NCBI GenBank assembly: GCA_041609895.1
Contig: JBFIPX010000002.1
Span: forward strand, 1-60,735
Source of the DNA: Rhodothermales bacterium
GTDB taxonomy: Bacteria; Bacteroidota; Rhodothermia; Rhodothermales; JABDKH01
Direction: 5' to 3'
Length of the DNA: 60,735 bases
The notes below the pieces were generated by a model, which saw nothing but the letters and a program-made list of their open reading frames with translations, made no database searches and was not told where the DNA came from. The position numbers and the translations under genes are program-made. Shown piece after piece: positions 36,901 through 46,596 of the stretch; position 1 is the stretch's first letter; each line of letters begins with the position of its first letter.

Positions 36901-38648
36901 AGTACAGCGCTCGCCTCCTGATCGCGCTGCTTCTCGCAGCAACCCTTCCGATTGCCGCGTTGGCATTCCTGATACGTCAGGAGATGACCGAGCGTCTGAC
37001 GGCAGACTACGTGCGTGCCGCAGAGTCGGCGATAACGCAGACCGAAGCCCTCCTGCATGACCAGCACCGGCAGATACGAACCTCGCTAGCCGCACTATCG
37101 GCGGCGATCCCCGACGACAACCGCTTTAGGCGTTCGGCCGTGGACGATCGCCGCGATGAGCGAACATATCTGCTGGACTATGCCGGCCTTGCCATGCGGC
37201 TTACCGGACTCGCCATGCTGCAGATTCAGGACGAGAGCGGGCGGATTATCAGCTCCGGACATTTCCGGAATGAATACGACCGTATCGACACCGCATTGCC
37301 CGGGCTGCTGCGCACCGAGGGGCTGGCACTAGCCCGTGTCCGGTCTCCGGAGGGGCCTTTCATCGTGCTCGTCGCGGCCGACACCGTCAAGATGGGGGGC
37401 CGGCGCTTCTCTGTTGCAGGCGGAATGCGAATCGACCAGATCATTCCGGAAACATTACTCACTCGGAAGGAGCTGACCGTGGATCTGGTCACAGACCCTG
37501 CAAACCCGTCTTCAGGCGGCAATGTCGAGTCGGCTGCGACTCGTATTTCCGAAAATGCAACGGCTTCGGTAATTGAAGAACCTGACTCCGCGACAGGAGA
37601 AATCGTTCGCGAGCTTCGTGTCCCACTCATCGACACGCAGCAGGGCACCGTCACTTCAGCGGCCTTTCGCATCAAACACGACGTCAGCGGCCTGGCCGAG
37701 CTTCAGACGGAAGTCGACAGGTTGTTTCTGATTGTCGCCACCATCACGGCCATCCTTGCCGCTCTGATCGCACTCTGGCTAGCGGCCCGCATGAGCCGAC
37801 CGATAGCAGAGCTCGCCGACAAGGCATCGAGTATCGATCTCGACCGCCTCAACGTCGCTTTCAAAACGGACCGCAGAGACGAGATCGGCGAGCTCTCCCG
37901 CGTCTTGCGCAGGATGATGGAGCGGCTCCGAACAAGCTCGGCGACAATTAGAGACGCCGAACGCCGGGCGACACTCGGCGAAATCGCCCGGCAGGTCAAC
38001 CACGACATCAAGAACGGACTCGCACCCATCCGAAACGTCTTCCGACACCTGAGCGAGATCTCAACCGACGACCCGGACCAACTCCCCAGTGTGTTTCGCG
38101 ATCGGGAGCAGACACTGACATCTGGAATGAATTACCTGGAAGATCTCGCCTCCAACTACGCGCGTCTTTCACCGGTAGTCGCGCGAGACCGGACGGACGT
38201 CAATACTGTCATTCGCCAAACGGTCGATGACTTTGTCGGAGGGGGTGCCAAATCGTTGGTCGCAGTCGCCTCAGGTGCGGCGTTCGTCTATGCAGATCCG
38301 CTATCGCTGCGACGTATCCTTGAGAACCTGATCGCTAACGCTCTCGATGCCGTCAAAGCCAATGGCGCCCGAAAGCCTTCTGTCGTCGTTCGAAGCGAGC
38401 ACGCTGCATCGGAGGATCATGGTGACGTAATCCGGATTACGATAACCGACAACGGCCCGGGGTTGTCTGCCGAAGAGATATCAAAGGTCTTTCAGGATTT
38501 CTACACGACTAAGTCGCGAGGAACCGGCCTGGGACTTTCGATCGTTCGAAGACTGGTGATGGACATGGAAGGATCAGTGCGCGTCGAAAGCGACCCCGGA
38601 AACGGTGCCAGGTTCATAGTCGACCTGCCCCAAATGAAAGGTGTCTAG
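36897..38648 (+). CDS. Sensor histidine kinase (TM - periplasmic domain - HAMP - HisKA - HATPase)
   Basis: I start it at the ATG at 36897 (MKYSARLLIALLL), overlapping the SBP stop (ATGA). Motifs: H-box EIARQVNHDIKNGL and G-boxes DNGPGL and GTGLGLSIV. The upstream extension of ORF 36702 lies inside the SBP gene. Confidence 0.9.
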   Translation: MKYSARLLIALLLAATLPIAALAFLIRQEMTERLTADYVRAAESAITQTEALLHDQHRQIRTSLAALSAAIPDDNRFRRSAVDDRRDERTYLLDYAGLAMRLTGLAMLQIQDESGRIISSGHFRNEYDRIDTALPGLLRTEGLALARVRSPEGPFIVLVAADTVKMGGRRFSVAGGMRIDQIIPETLLTRKELTVDLVTDPANPSSGGNVESAATRISENATASVIEEPDSATGEIVRELRVPLIDTQQGTVTSAAFRIKHDVSGLAELQTEVDRLFLIVATITAILAALIALWLAARMSRPIAELADKASSIDLDRLNVAFKTDRRDEIGELSRVLRRMMERLRTSSATIRDAERRATLGEIARQVNHDIKNGLAPIRNVFRHLSEISTDDPDQLPSVFRDREQTLTSGMNYLEDLASNYARLSPVVARDRTDVNTVIRQTVDDFVGGGAKSLVAVASGAAFVYADPLSLRRILENLIANALDAVKANGARKPSVVVRSEHAASEDHGDVIRITITDNGPGLSAEEISKVFQDFYTTKSRGTGLGLSIVRRLVMDMEGSVRVESDPGNGARFIVDLPQMKGV

Positions 38649-39998
38649 ATGGCGGTGGTTCTGGTAGTCGATGACGTGGAAGCGCTCGCGGAGCAGTATG
38701 CGTACGATCTGCGAAGAGTCGGCGAGCATGAGACCCGAATCGCCCTTGGCGGTAGCGATGCACTGGATGTTCTACGCAGCGAGCCGATCGACTGCGTGAT
38801 CCTCGACCTCGAGATGCCTGGCGTCGACGGATTCGAGGTACTACGAACGCTCAAGAAAGAACAGATTACTACGCCAGTCATCGTGTACACGGGTACAGGG
38901 GATTTCGATCGATGTACACGAGCGATCCGCCTGGGCGCCTACAGCTTCATAGACAAGTCGGAGTCGATGGCGCGCGTCGTACAGGAGGTCGCCAATGCGA
39001 TCGACAAGGCACGACTGCGGTCGGAGGTCGATGCGCTGGCGCAGCGTCTGGCCGCTGACGCGCCTTTGATCGGTTCAAGCCGCCCGATGGAACTGTTGAA
39101 GGAGCATATCATACGGCTGGCCGGCATACCCAGCCCGGTGCTCATTCTCGGTGAAAGCGGTACCGGAAAGGAACTGGTGGCACGCGAGCTCCATCGTCTT
39201 GGGCCGGGAAAGAAAAAACCTTTTGTAGCAATCAACTGTGCCGCCCTGCCGGAGACTCTTGTAGAGAGCGAGTTATTCGGCCATGAGCGCGGCGCATTCA
39301 CCGGCGCGGATCGCGTGCATCGGGGTGCCTTCGAGCAGGCTGCGGGAGGCACGCTGTTCCTGGACGAAATCGGGGAGCTGCCGGTGGCGATGCAGGCCAA
39401 GCTGCTCCGGGTGCTGGAACAGGGTGAGTTGGTACGGCTCGGCGGAGAAAAGATGACGAAGGTTGAAGCGCGTGTCGTGGCCGCCACCCACCGCGACCTG
39501 GAAAGAGATGTCGAGGACGGCCGTTTTCGGCATGACCTGCTATATCGCTTAAATGTCCATACACTGAGCGTCCCCCCGCTTCGCGACCGCCGATCGGACA
39601 TCCCGGAGATTGCCAGAAAGTTCGTGTCCGACATCTGCCAGCGGTTCGGCGTCAAGCCGAAACGACTCACCCCCGAGGCATTGCAGGCGCTAGTCGATGC
39701 CGACTGGAGCCGCAACAACGTCCGCGAGCTGCGCAACGTCGTCGAAAGAATGATCATCGCCGTTGACGGATCCGAGATCGGCATTAGTGCGATTCCGCCG
39801 GATATCACGGCGGCGACGGCACCGCCTTCCAACGGCTCTTTTGCAGAACGGCGTGCAGACGCCGAGAGACGTATCGTCATCAACGCGCTCGACAAGCATG
39901 CGTGGCACATCAGCCGGACCGCCAAGGCACTCGACCTTGCCGATCATGCCAGCCTGCTAAAGATTATGCGGCGGCTCGGCATATCGCGGGATAAATGA
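38649..39998 (+). CDS. Sigma-54-dependent response regulator (NtrC family)
   Basis: It has a REC domain (VLVVDD...DLEMPGVDG), an AAA+ domain with GESGTGKE and the GAFTGA loop (ERGAFTGA), and a C-terminal Fis-type HTH. The ATG directly follows the kinase stop. Confidence 0.95.
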   Translation: MAVVLVVDDVEALAEQYAYDLRRVGEHETRIALGGSDALDVLRSEPIDCVILDLEMPGVDGFEVLRTLKKEQITTPVIVYTGTGDFDRCTRAIRLGAYSFIDKSESMARVVQEVANAIDKARLRSEVDALAQRLAADAPLIGSSRPMELLKEHIIRLAGIPSPVLILGESGTGKELVARELHRLGPGKKKPFVAINCAALPETLVESELFGHERGAFTGADRVHRGAFEQAAGGTLFLDEIGELPVAMQAKLLRVLEQGELVRLGGEKMTKVEARVVAATHRDLERDVEDGRFRHDLLYRLNVHTLSVPPLRDRRSDIPEIARKFVSDICQRFGVKPKRLTPEALQALVDADWSRNNVRELRNVVERMIIAVDGSEIGISAIPPDITAATAPPSNGSFAERRADAERRIVINALDKHAWHISRTAKALDLADHASLLKIMRRLGISRDK

Positions 39999-40010
39999 TT
40001 CCGAGATCAA

Positions 40011-40062
40011 TGTGTCCGGTTGGACACATAGCCCATCAAAAAGTTGTGTCCCTTTGGACACA
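40011..40062. promoter_or_regulatory. Two copies of the inverted repeat TGTGTCC-N4-GGACACA (candidate enhancer/UAS sites)
   Basis: The copies are tgtgtccggttggacaca (40011-40028) and tgtgtccctttggacaca (40045-40062), with centres 34 bp apart. They lie just after the NtrC-type regulator gene and about 180-230 nt upstream of the next gene. Confidence 0.5.
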
Positions 40063-40161
40063 ATCTTGGAGGTAGGAGGAAGCCTGAGTTCTTCCACATT
40101 TTTCTCCAACGCACTGTGCCGCAATCTCTTACCGCCTCGGTATCCGATTGGCGTTCGCGAT

Positions 40162-40176
40162 TGGCCCACCGCTTGA
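40162..40176 (+). promoter_or_regulatory. Possible sigma-54 (-24/-12) promoter
   Basis: TGGCCC-accgc-TTGA has the same spacing as the consensus TGGCAC-N5-TTGC. However, the conserved -12 GC is GA here. The site is 67 nt upstream of the ATG at 40243. Confidence 0.3.
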
Positions 40177-40242
40177 CATAGCCCATGACAGCATCAGTCA
40201 CCATGAACCGCCCGAAAGGGCACCATCAAACGGAGAGCTGTC

Positions 40243-41298
40243 ATGAAACTACTCAACATCTTAGCCATCGACGTCGTCGCCGTGGCATTGCTGGCCACGA
40301 CCATCTCGGTCTTTGGATGCAACAACGATTCCGCGACAACATCTGACGTCATCACTGAACAAGTAGAGTCGCCGGTGGACGTACCTGTACAGGAGACAAA
40401 GCCTGCGCCTACCCCCGAGCCTGCTGGAGTACCAGCACCTTCACCTGCGCGTGAAGTGACCTACGGCGAAGCAGAAGCTGCCTATCAGGAGCGCAACTAC
40501 AGGGAAGCGGCGACGCTGTTCACGGCCTACCTGGAAGCCAAGCCTGACAATCCGTGGGGTCACTACATGCTGGGACTCTCAGCCCGGAAATCAGACGATT
40601 TCGAAACTGCCGAGCAGGCCTTCAAGCGGGCCCTGGAATTGGATCCGAAGCATGTCAAAAGCATGCTGAACCTCAGCCGGGTGTATCTCGATACGGGCCA
40701 GGCAGAAGATGCACTCGAACAACTCTACGAGGTCTTCGAGTTCGACCCACAGTCGGGCGTTGCCTATCGGCTACAGGGGCGGGCACTGCACCAGCTGGGC
40801 GATACGACGGACGCCATTCATGCCTACCGCGATGCCATCCTGATTGACTCGTCTGACGGCTGGGCCATCAACAACCTCGGACTCATCTACATAGAGCAAG
40901 GTAGGTTTGAGGAAGCCCTGCCCGCCCTCGCACGAGCAGTTGAACTCAACGAAAGCGCGGCCGTCATCCGCAACAACCTTGGAATCGCTCTCGAGAACAC
41001 AGGGCACTTCCGGGCAGCCGAAGAAGCTTACCGCGCGGCCGTCGAACTCGACGCAAACATAGAGTCGTCAAACCGTAATCTCGCTCGCGTCATGGAAGTT
41101 GTTGAAGATTCGTCCATCGAGGCGGTTGATCTTCCAGCACTGGCTCAGGCTTTCATCAACGACTGCCAGACCTGGGTCGCCAGTCTGGAGCCCGTAACCG
41201 AAGAAGACTCGATCGAAGAAGAATCCTCTAACGATGCCGGACTGACGCCGATCATCTCGGCCAAGAACGTGTCGACGGAGGATGCCATCGGCAAATGA
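40243..41298 (+). CDS. TPR-repeat lipoprotein
   Basis: Lipobox ISVFGCN, a Pro/Ala-rich linker, then several TPR units (AATLFTAYLEAKPDNPWGHYMLGLS, AEQAFKRALELDPKH, ...). Confidence 0.8.
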   Translation: MKLLNILAIDVVAVALLATTISVFGCNNDSATTSDVITEQVESPVDVPVQETKPAPTPEPAGVPAPSPAREVTYGEAEAAYQERNYREAATLFTAYLEAKPDNPWGHYMLGLSARKSDDFETAEQAFKRALELDPKHVKSMLNLSRVYLDTGQAEDALEQLYEVFEFDPQSGVAYRLQGRALHQLGDTTDAIHAYRDAILIDSSDGWAINNLGLIYIEQGRFEEALPALARAVELNESAAVIRNNLGIALENTGHFRAAEEAYRAAVELDANIESSNRNLARVMEVVEDSSIEAVDLPALAQAFINDCQTWVASLEPVTEEDSIEEESSNDAGLTPIISAKNVSTEDAIGK

Positions 41299-41917
41299 CC
41301 CACCTCTGGACGGGATACGCCCCGTCCGGTACAGAACCGGCCGCACCACGACCAGACGTTGGTCGGGCCGTTGGCCCCATCGCGTGCCGCGCCTCTGCAC
41401 GACGGAGGTGCGGCACCGCTTGTTATCGCCGTCCTTGGTATGCGGGAGTTTGTCGAAAAATTCCCTCAACCCCTAACGGAGGTACTTCGCGCCACAGACA
41501 GGCAGCAAAATGACGGATCGAACGCAAACGTTAGATTGCCTGAGCAGTGCTTGTCGTAGCCCGAATAGATTCGGATGAACGCGCGTCTTACACCCTTTGG
41601 ATGCGGTGCCTGGCGCTAGCAGATGGGTCGCTCCAGTGATGGTCGTGCGACAGCGGCCGCCAGGCTGCAAAAACGGATTCGCAATAACGGACCTCGATGC
41701 CGCCACAGCCTTCGCCTTCACGGCGCAACCTGCTTGTTTTTGATGAACCTGCATCAAATTCCGTGAAGTTACCCACAGCCTCGCCGCCGCCTTGCAAAAC
41801 GGCTATAAACTCCGTTTATTTCTAGATCCTGCCGGTTAAGTCGGGCTATGCTCATCGCCCGCGTCATGTCCCCCAACCCCGGCAAGCAACCGTAGTCCCA
41901 CCTGCTCCTACCATTTA

Positions 41918-44900
41918 ATGTATCTGAGCAAACTCGAACTGCACGGCTTCAAAAGCTTTGCAGGCCGGACCCAACTCCAATTCGATCCGGGAATTACAGC
42001 CGTAGTAGGCCCGAATGGCTGCGGCAAATCCAACATCGTCGACGCTGTACGCTGGGTGATCGGCGAACAGCGCGCCCGGGTGCTTCGCTCGGAGAAGATG
42101 GAGAATGTCATCTTCAACGGCACGGCGAAGCGGCGACCCCTCGGCATGTCGGAGGTCAAGCTTACCATCGAGAATACGCGCGGGGTGCTTCCCGTCGAGT
42201 ACTCCGAGGTCGTGATCGGACGGCGACTGTACCGGTCGGGTGAGTCGGAGTATCTCCTGAACGGCGTGCAGTGTCGACTCAAGGACATCACGGACCTGTT
42301 CATGGATACCGGCATGGGCGCAGGTGCCTACTCGGTGATCGAACTCAAGATGATCGAGGAGATCCTCTCGGACAACGCCCAGGACCGGCGACGTCTGTTC
42401 GAGGAAGCAGCCGGAATTACCAAGTACAAACTGCGGCGAGCGCAGACCATGCGCAAGCTCGACGCGACGCAGGTCGACCTCACTCGCCTTCGCGATCTCG
42501 TTGAGGAAATTGAAAGACGGGTGCGCTCACTAAAGCGTCAGGCGAAAAAGGCCGCACGGTACCGGGAACTGGAGGAAGAACTTCGGAGCCTCGAGTTGGC
42601 ACTCGCATGGCTCGAGTACAGCCGACTGGAACAGCAGCGAAGCTCCCTCGATGACGAAATCAAGAACCTACATGACGATCTAGAAGGGCAGAACGCTCAA
42701 CAGGGTAAGCAGGAGGCGGAGCTAGAGTCGCTTCGCATGACGCAAATCGAAAGAGAGGAACTCCTGCTGGAACGAGAGAGCGAACTGCAGCGCCACGTCG
42801 ACACAGTTCGCCGAATCGAAGGCGAGCTTCGGCTCCTGAGCCAGCGTCTCGATGTCTGCAGGCGGGATCGCGACCGCAACACGTCGGACCGTGCAGAGGC
42901 ACTGGACCGGTCACAGTCGTTGGAATCCGAGCTCGACGACCTTCGCGAGCGCCTCGCTGCAGCCAAGCCGGAGCTGGAAGCACGCACGGCAGAGCTGGAG
43001 AAGGCACGCGAGGAACGGGATCGAACAAGAGATGCGGCCGAGAAGATACGGTCGCACGTTCAAGAGACCCGGGAGATGGTCGGGAAGATCTCCGAAGAGC
43101 TCGCAACGCGCCAGCGACAGCTCGACAGACTTGAAAGCCGAAACGAGTTGCTCGAGCAAGACCGAAACACTTGTGCAGCGCAAATTGAAGCCCTTCAGTC
43201 GTCAGTCGTCGACGTCAAGGCTGAACTTGAGACGGCGCACGAGGCTGTGGATGTGGCACAGAAGGCCGTCGACATTGCCCGCAGCGAACTCACTCAGGCC
43301 GAGGAGCGCAAGGAAGCGCTGGAGAGCGATCGCGAGACGGCGACCGAAGTGTTGCGCCGGGTCGAGAAACAGCGTGAGGCTGCCGCCGCGGAAGTGCAGC
43401 TGCTGTCGAGCCTCGTTACGTCGTATGACGATTTCTCCGAGGCCGTCCAGTATCTCGCGGAACGGTCGAACGATAACGGAGACCACCTGATGACCGTCGC
43501 CGATGTCGTCGCTTGTGACGCAGCGGACCGGCTTGCTGTCGACGCCGCACTCGGCGATATGGCAGCCTGCATCGTGGTGGAGACGGAAGAAGAGGCAGTG
43601 CGCGCCATGAACCAGCTGCGCACCGAGGACAAGGGTCGAGCCACGTTCCTCGTTCTTTCGCGACTGCGTAGAACCGACAACGACCTCGAAACGCATTCGC
43701 CACCGATCGGCGATCTCCTCGCAAGCCGGGTCCGCGTTCAGGAACCGTACGGGCCCGTTGTACGACTCCTGCTTCACAACTGCCTGATTGCAGACGACGA
43801 CGTAGAGGCAAGACTCATCGCTGCAGAGCTGGACGGTACCTTCCGGGTGTTCAGCCGAACAGGCGAATGGGTAGACTCGCGGGGTCTTCTGCATGGCGGT
43901 AGCGCCAACGAAGCGAGCTCCGGAGGCCTCCGCCTGGGGCGCCGCGAGCAGCTCGAGGAGGCCAAAGAGCGATTCGATCGGCTGGATGAGGATCTTACAA
44001 AGTCACTCGGGCAGGTCCGAGCCGTGGAGGCCGCACTGGCGGACGTACAGGTAGGTCCGAAGCGCGAGTTGCTCACAGAGGCGGAGAGAGGCCTCGCCGA
44101 CGCCGAGAAGGTGCTGGCCAGAGTAGAATTTCGGCGCACTTCGTTCCAGGATCGAGCCCACGAGCTCGAATCCCGGCTCGATGCGATCGCGGACACGCGT
44201 TCGCGTACCTCAGATGAGATCCGGCAACTTGAAACAGAGGTCAAGGAGACAAAGGTCAAGCTCGACGAAATCCGCCAGCGTCGCACCACCGTCGAAGCCG
44301 AGTTTCACGAGGCCGATGCGGAGAGTCGAGCCGCGATGACGGTCTACAGTGACGCCAACCTCAGCGCCGTGCAAAAGCACAACGAGGTCGACAACCTGGA
44401 GCGCGACGTCAAGCGAAATCACGACACGATCGAAGAGCTGACAGCAAAGGCAGCACGGCTGAAGCTGGAAATCGAAGCCCTCGACGTCCAGCTAACCAAG
44501 GAAACGGAACGCCAATCCGCACTAAAGGACGAGCTTGAGCACGTTCGAAGCGGCCGTCCTGATTTGGAGCAGGCGGTCACTGTCGCGAAGAACCAGCTCA
44601 TGGAGACAAAGTCGGAGATTTCATCTCTCGAAAGTGAACTTCGCAAGATCAGGCAGTCGCGAGAGCTGCAGATGCGCGAGGAAAACACGCGCGCTATACG
44701 GCTGGCGGAAATACAAACCCGGATGGAGGACCTTGTTGCGCACATCGCTGAGGACTTCGACATTGATCTGATGCGAACGGAGATTGAGGTTCCGGAAGAC
44801 CTGCTAGAGGGCGACGCCCGAGAGAAGGTTCACACCCTCCGCGACAAGATCCGCGGGATGGGTCCGGTTAATGCTCTCGCGCTCGAGGAGTACGAGCAGG

Positions 44901-45487
44901 AGAAGGAGCGGTATGATTTCCTCAGCGCGCAGCTGACCGACCTGGAGAAGGCAGAAGAGACGCTGAAGGAAACCATCACGGAAATCAACGCAACCGCTTC
45001 AGCCCGCTTCGAAGAGACCTTTGAAGCCATAAGAGTCAACTTCTGCAAACTGTTCGCGGATCTGTTTGGCGGTGAGGCGACCGCAGATGTCGTCCTTGAA
45101 GAACCGTCAGATCCGTTGGAGTCCGCCATCGAGGTCTTTGCCCGCCCGCGCGGGAAGCGACCGAGCGTGCTGGCGCAGCTTTCAGGGGGAGAGAAGACGC
45201 TGACGGCGATCGCACTGCTTTTCGCGATATACCTTGTCAAACCAAGTCCGTTCTGCATCCTCGACGAGGTCGACGCACCGCTGGATGACGCAAACATCGC
45301 TCGTTTCATGAAACTGATACGAACGTTTGCCGAGACGACCCAGTTCATCCTCGTCACGCACAACAAGCGGACGATGGAAGCTGCCGACCGCATGTACGGA
45401 GTAACGATGCAGGAGCAAGGAGTGTCGAGCCTAGTGGGCGTCCGTTTTGAGGAAGCCACCGAATCCGAGGAACTGCAGGTGGCGTGA
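41918..45487 (+). CDS. smc: Chromosome segregation protein SMC
   Basis: 1189 aa. Walker A (GPNGCGKSNI), long coiled coils with a central hinge, the signature LSGGEKTLTAIALLFAI, and Walker B (FCILDEVDAPLD). Confidence 0.97.
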   Translation: MYLSKLELHGFKSFAGRTQLQFDPGITAVVGPNGCGKSNIVDAVRWVIGEQRARVLRSEKMENVIFNGTAKRRPLGMSEVKLTIENTRGVLPVEYSEVVIGRRLYRSGESEYLLNGVQCRLKDITDLFMDTGMGAGAYSVIELKMIEEILSDNAQDRRRLFEEAAGITKYKLRRAQTMRKLDATQVDLTRLRDLVEEIERRVRSLKRQAKKAARYRELEEELRSLELALAWLEYSRLEQQRSSLDDEIKNLHDDLEGQNAQQGKQEAELESLRMTQIEREELLLERESELQRHVDTVRRIEGELRLLSQRLDVCRRDRDRNTSDRAEALDRSQSLESELDDLRERLAAAKPELEARTAELEKAREERDRTRDAAEKIRSHVQETREMVGKISEELATRQRQLDRLESRNELLEQDRNTCAAQIEALQSSVVDVKAELETAHEAVDVAQKAVDIARSELTQAEERKEALESDRETATEVLRRVEKQREAAAAEVQLLSSLVTSYDDFSEAVQYLAERSNDNGDHLMTVADVVACDAADRLAVDAALGDMAACIVVETEEEAVRAMNQLRTEDKGRATFLVLSRLRRTDNDLETHSPPIGDLLASRVRVQEPYGPVVRLLLHNCLIADDDVEARLIAAELDGTFRVFSRTGEWVDSRGLLHGGSANEASSGGLRLGRREQLEEAKERFDRLDEDLTKSLGQVRAVEAALADVQVGPKRELLTEAERGLADAEKVLARVEFRRTSFQDRAHELESRLDAIADTRSRTSDEIRQLETEVKETKVKLDEIRQRRTTVEAEFHEADAESRAAMTVYSDANLSAVQKHNEVDNLERDVKRNHDTIEELTAKAARLKLEIEALDVQLTKETERQSALKDELEHVRSGRPDLEQAVTVAKNQLMETKSEISSLESELRKIRQSRELQMREENTRAIRLAEIQTRMEDLVAHIAEDFDIDLMRTEIEVPEDLLEGDAREKVHTLRDKIRGMGPVNALALEEYEQEKERYDFLSAQLTDLEKAEETLKETITEINATASARFEETFEAIRVNFCKLFADLFGGEATADVVLEEPSDPLESAIEVFARPRGKRPSVLAQLSGGEKTLTAIALLFAIYLVKPSPFCILDEVDAPLDDANIARFMKLIRTFAETTQFILVTHNKRTMEAADRMYGVTMQEQGVSSLVGVRFEEATESEELQVA

Positions 45488-45515
45488 CGCCCACCCTCGG
45501 CGCGACAAGCAGGAC

Positions 45516-46532
45516 TTACTCGTAGTCGTGCTCGAAGTACTCGATGCCACGCTGCGGAATGTCTCTCGAACTGCTTTGGATCTGGTCAGCCAGCCGATCC
45601 GCGAACACGTCTGCCGCATTGTAGCCGTAATGCGCGAGCAGGTGGTTCATTGCGATTACCTCGCAGAGTACCGTGACGTTCTTTCCGGGCGTGATGGGCA
45701 ACTTTACCATGGGTAGCGGCACCCCCAGGATGTCGTACGAATCCTCGACCATACCAAGCCGGGTGTACTCCACGTCTGGATTCCATATGTGCATGTTGAC
45801 GACTACCTCGACGCGCTTCTGAAACCGAATGGCCCGCACACCGAACATCGCGCGAACGTCTATCAGACCCAGACCCCGTATCTCCATGAAGTGCTGGACG
45901 AGAGCGGTGCCCGAACCCATCAGAAGGCTCTCCTCTTTCTTGGTCACGATCACGACGTCATCCGCCACGAGGCGATGACCGCGCTCCACAAGATCCAGCG
46001 CGACTTCACTCTTCCCGATCCCCGGTTTACCCACGAGCAGCAGCCCGATTCCGTAGACGTCGACGAGGGAAGCGTGAACAGACTGCTGCAGCGCGAATTG
46101 ATCCGTAAGAAAATCGCGAAGGACCGACATGAACTCGGTTGAGGGCATCGACGTGCGGAAGATCGGGATGCCCTCCTTCGTCGCCACATTGACCAGCGAC
46201 TTGTATAGCTTGTTGTCCTCCGTCAGGAAGATGCACGGAATCGGAAACTTGACGAGTTGGCGGAATGCCTTGACGCGCTCCGCCTGGCTCAAGTGCTGCA
46301 GGTATTGGTTTTCCGTGTTACCGAGGATCTGCACACGTTGGTGCGTGAACAGGTCGATGTATCCGGCGAGGGCGAGACCCGGGCGGTGCAGGTTGCTCTC
46401 GGTCACCTGACGGTCTTCTCCGGAGATGTCGTTGACCGATTCGATTTCGAGTCCTACTGACTTCCGCAGCTGCTCGGCCAGAAACTGAACCGTGATGGAT
46501 TCCTTCTTGTATGCGATCGGCTGATGCGGCAT
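45516..46532 (-). CDS. hprK: HPr kinase/phosphorylase
   Basis: Motifs GLLLVGKPGIGKSEVALDLVERGHRLVADD and MEIRGLGLIDV are present. Confidence 0.9.
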   Translation of the reverse strand: MPHQPIAYKKESITVQFLAEQLRKSVGLEIESVNDISGEDRQVTESNLHRPGLALAGYIDLFTHQRVQILGNTENQYLQHLSQAERVKAFRQLVKFPIPCIFLTEDNKLYKSLVNVATKEGIPIFRTSMPSTEFMSVLRDFLTDQFALQQSVHASLVDVYGIGLLLVGKPGIGKSEVALDLVERGHRLVADDVVIVTKKEESLLMGSGTALVQHFMEIRGLGLIDVRAMFGVRAIRFQKRVEVVVNMHIWNPDVEYTRLGMVEDSYDILGVPLPMVKLPITPGKNVTVLCEVIAMNHLLAHYGYNAADVFADRLADQIQSSSRDIPQRGIEYFEHDYE

Positions 46533-46596
46533 CTCGTAGACTTTGCGGCGTCCGTATTGCTGTAATCGTTCCTGTAACTCGCCGACCTGCAGGGAT

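Noticed and set aside
38939-39925. 328-aa reverse-strand ORF inside the NtrC-type regulator gene.
   Set aside because: It is an antisense shadow ORF with a Ser/Arg/Ala-rich translation. The + strand frame carries the GESGTGKE and GAFTGA motifs.
40148-40163. Alternative sigma-54 candidate TGGCGT-tcgcga-TTGG.
   Set aside because: The spacing is one nucleotide too long, and neither the -24 nor the -12 element matches beyond GG/TTG. The TGGCCC-N5-TTGA site 14 nt downstream fits better.
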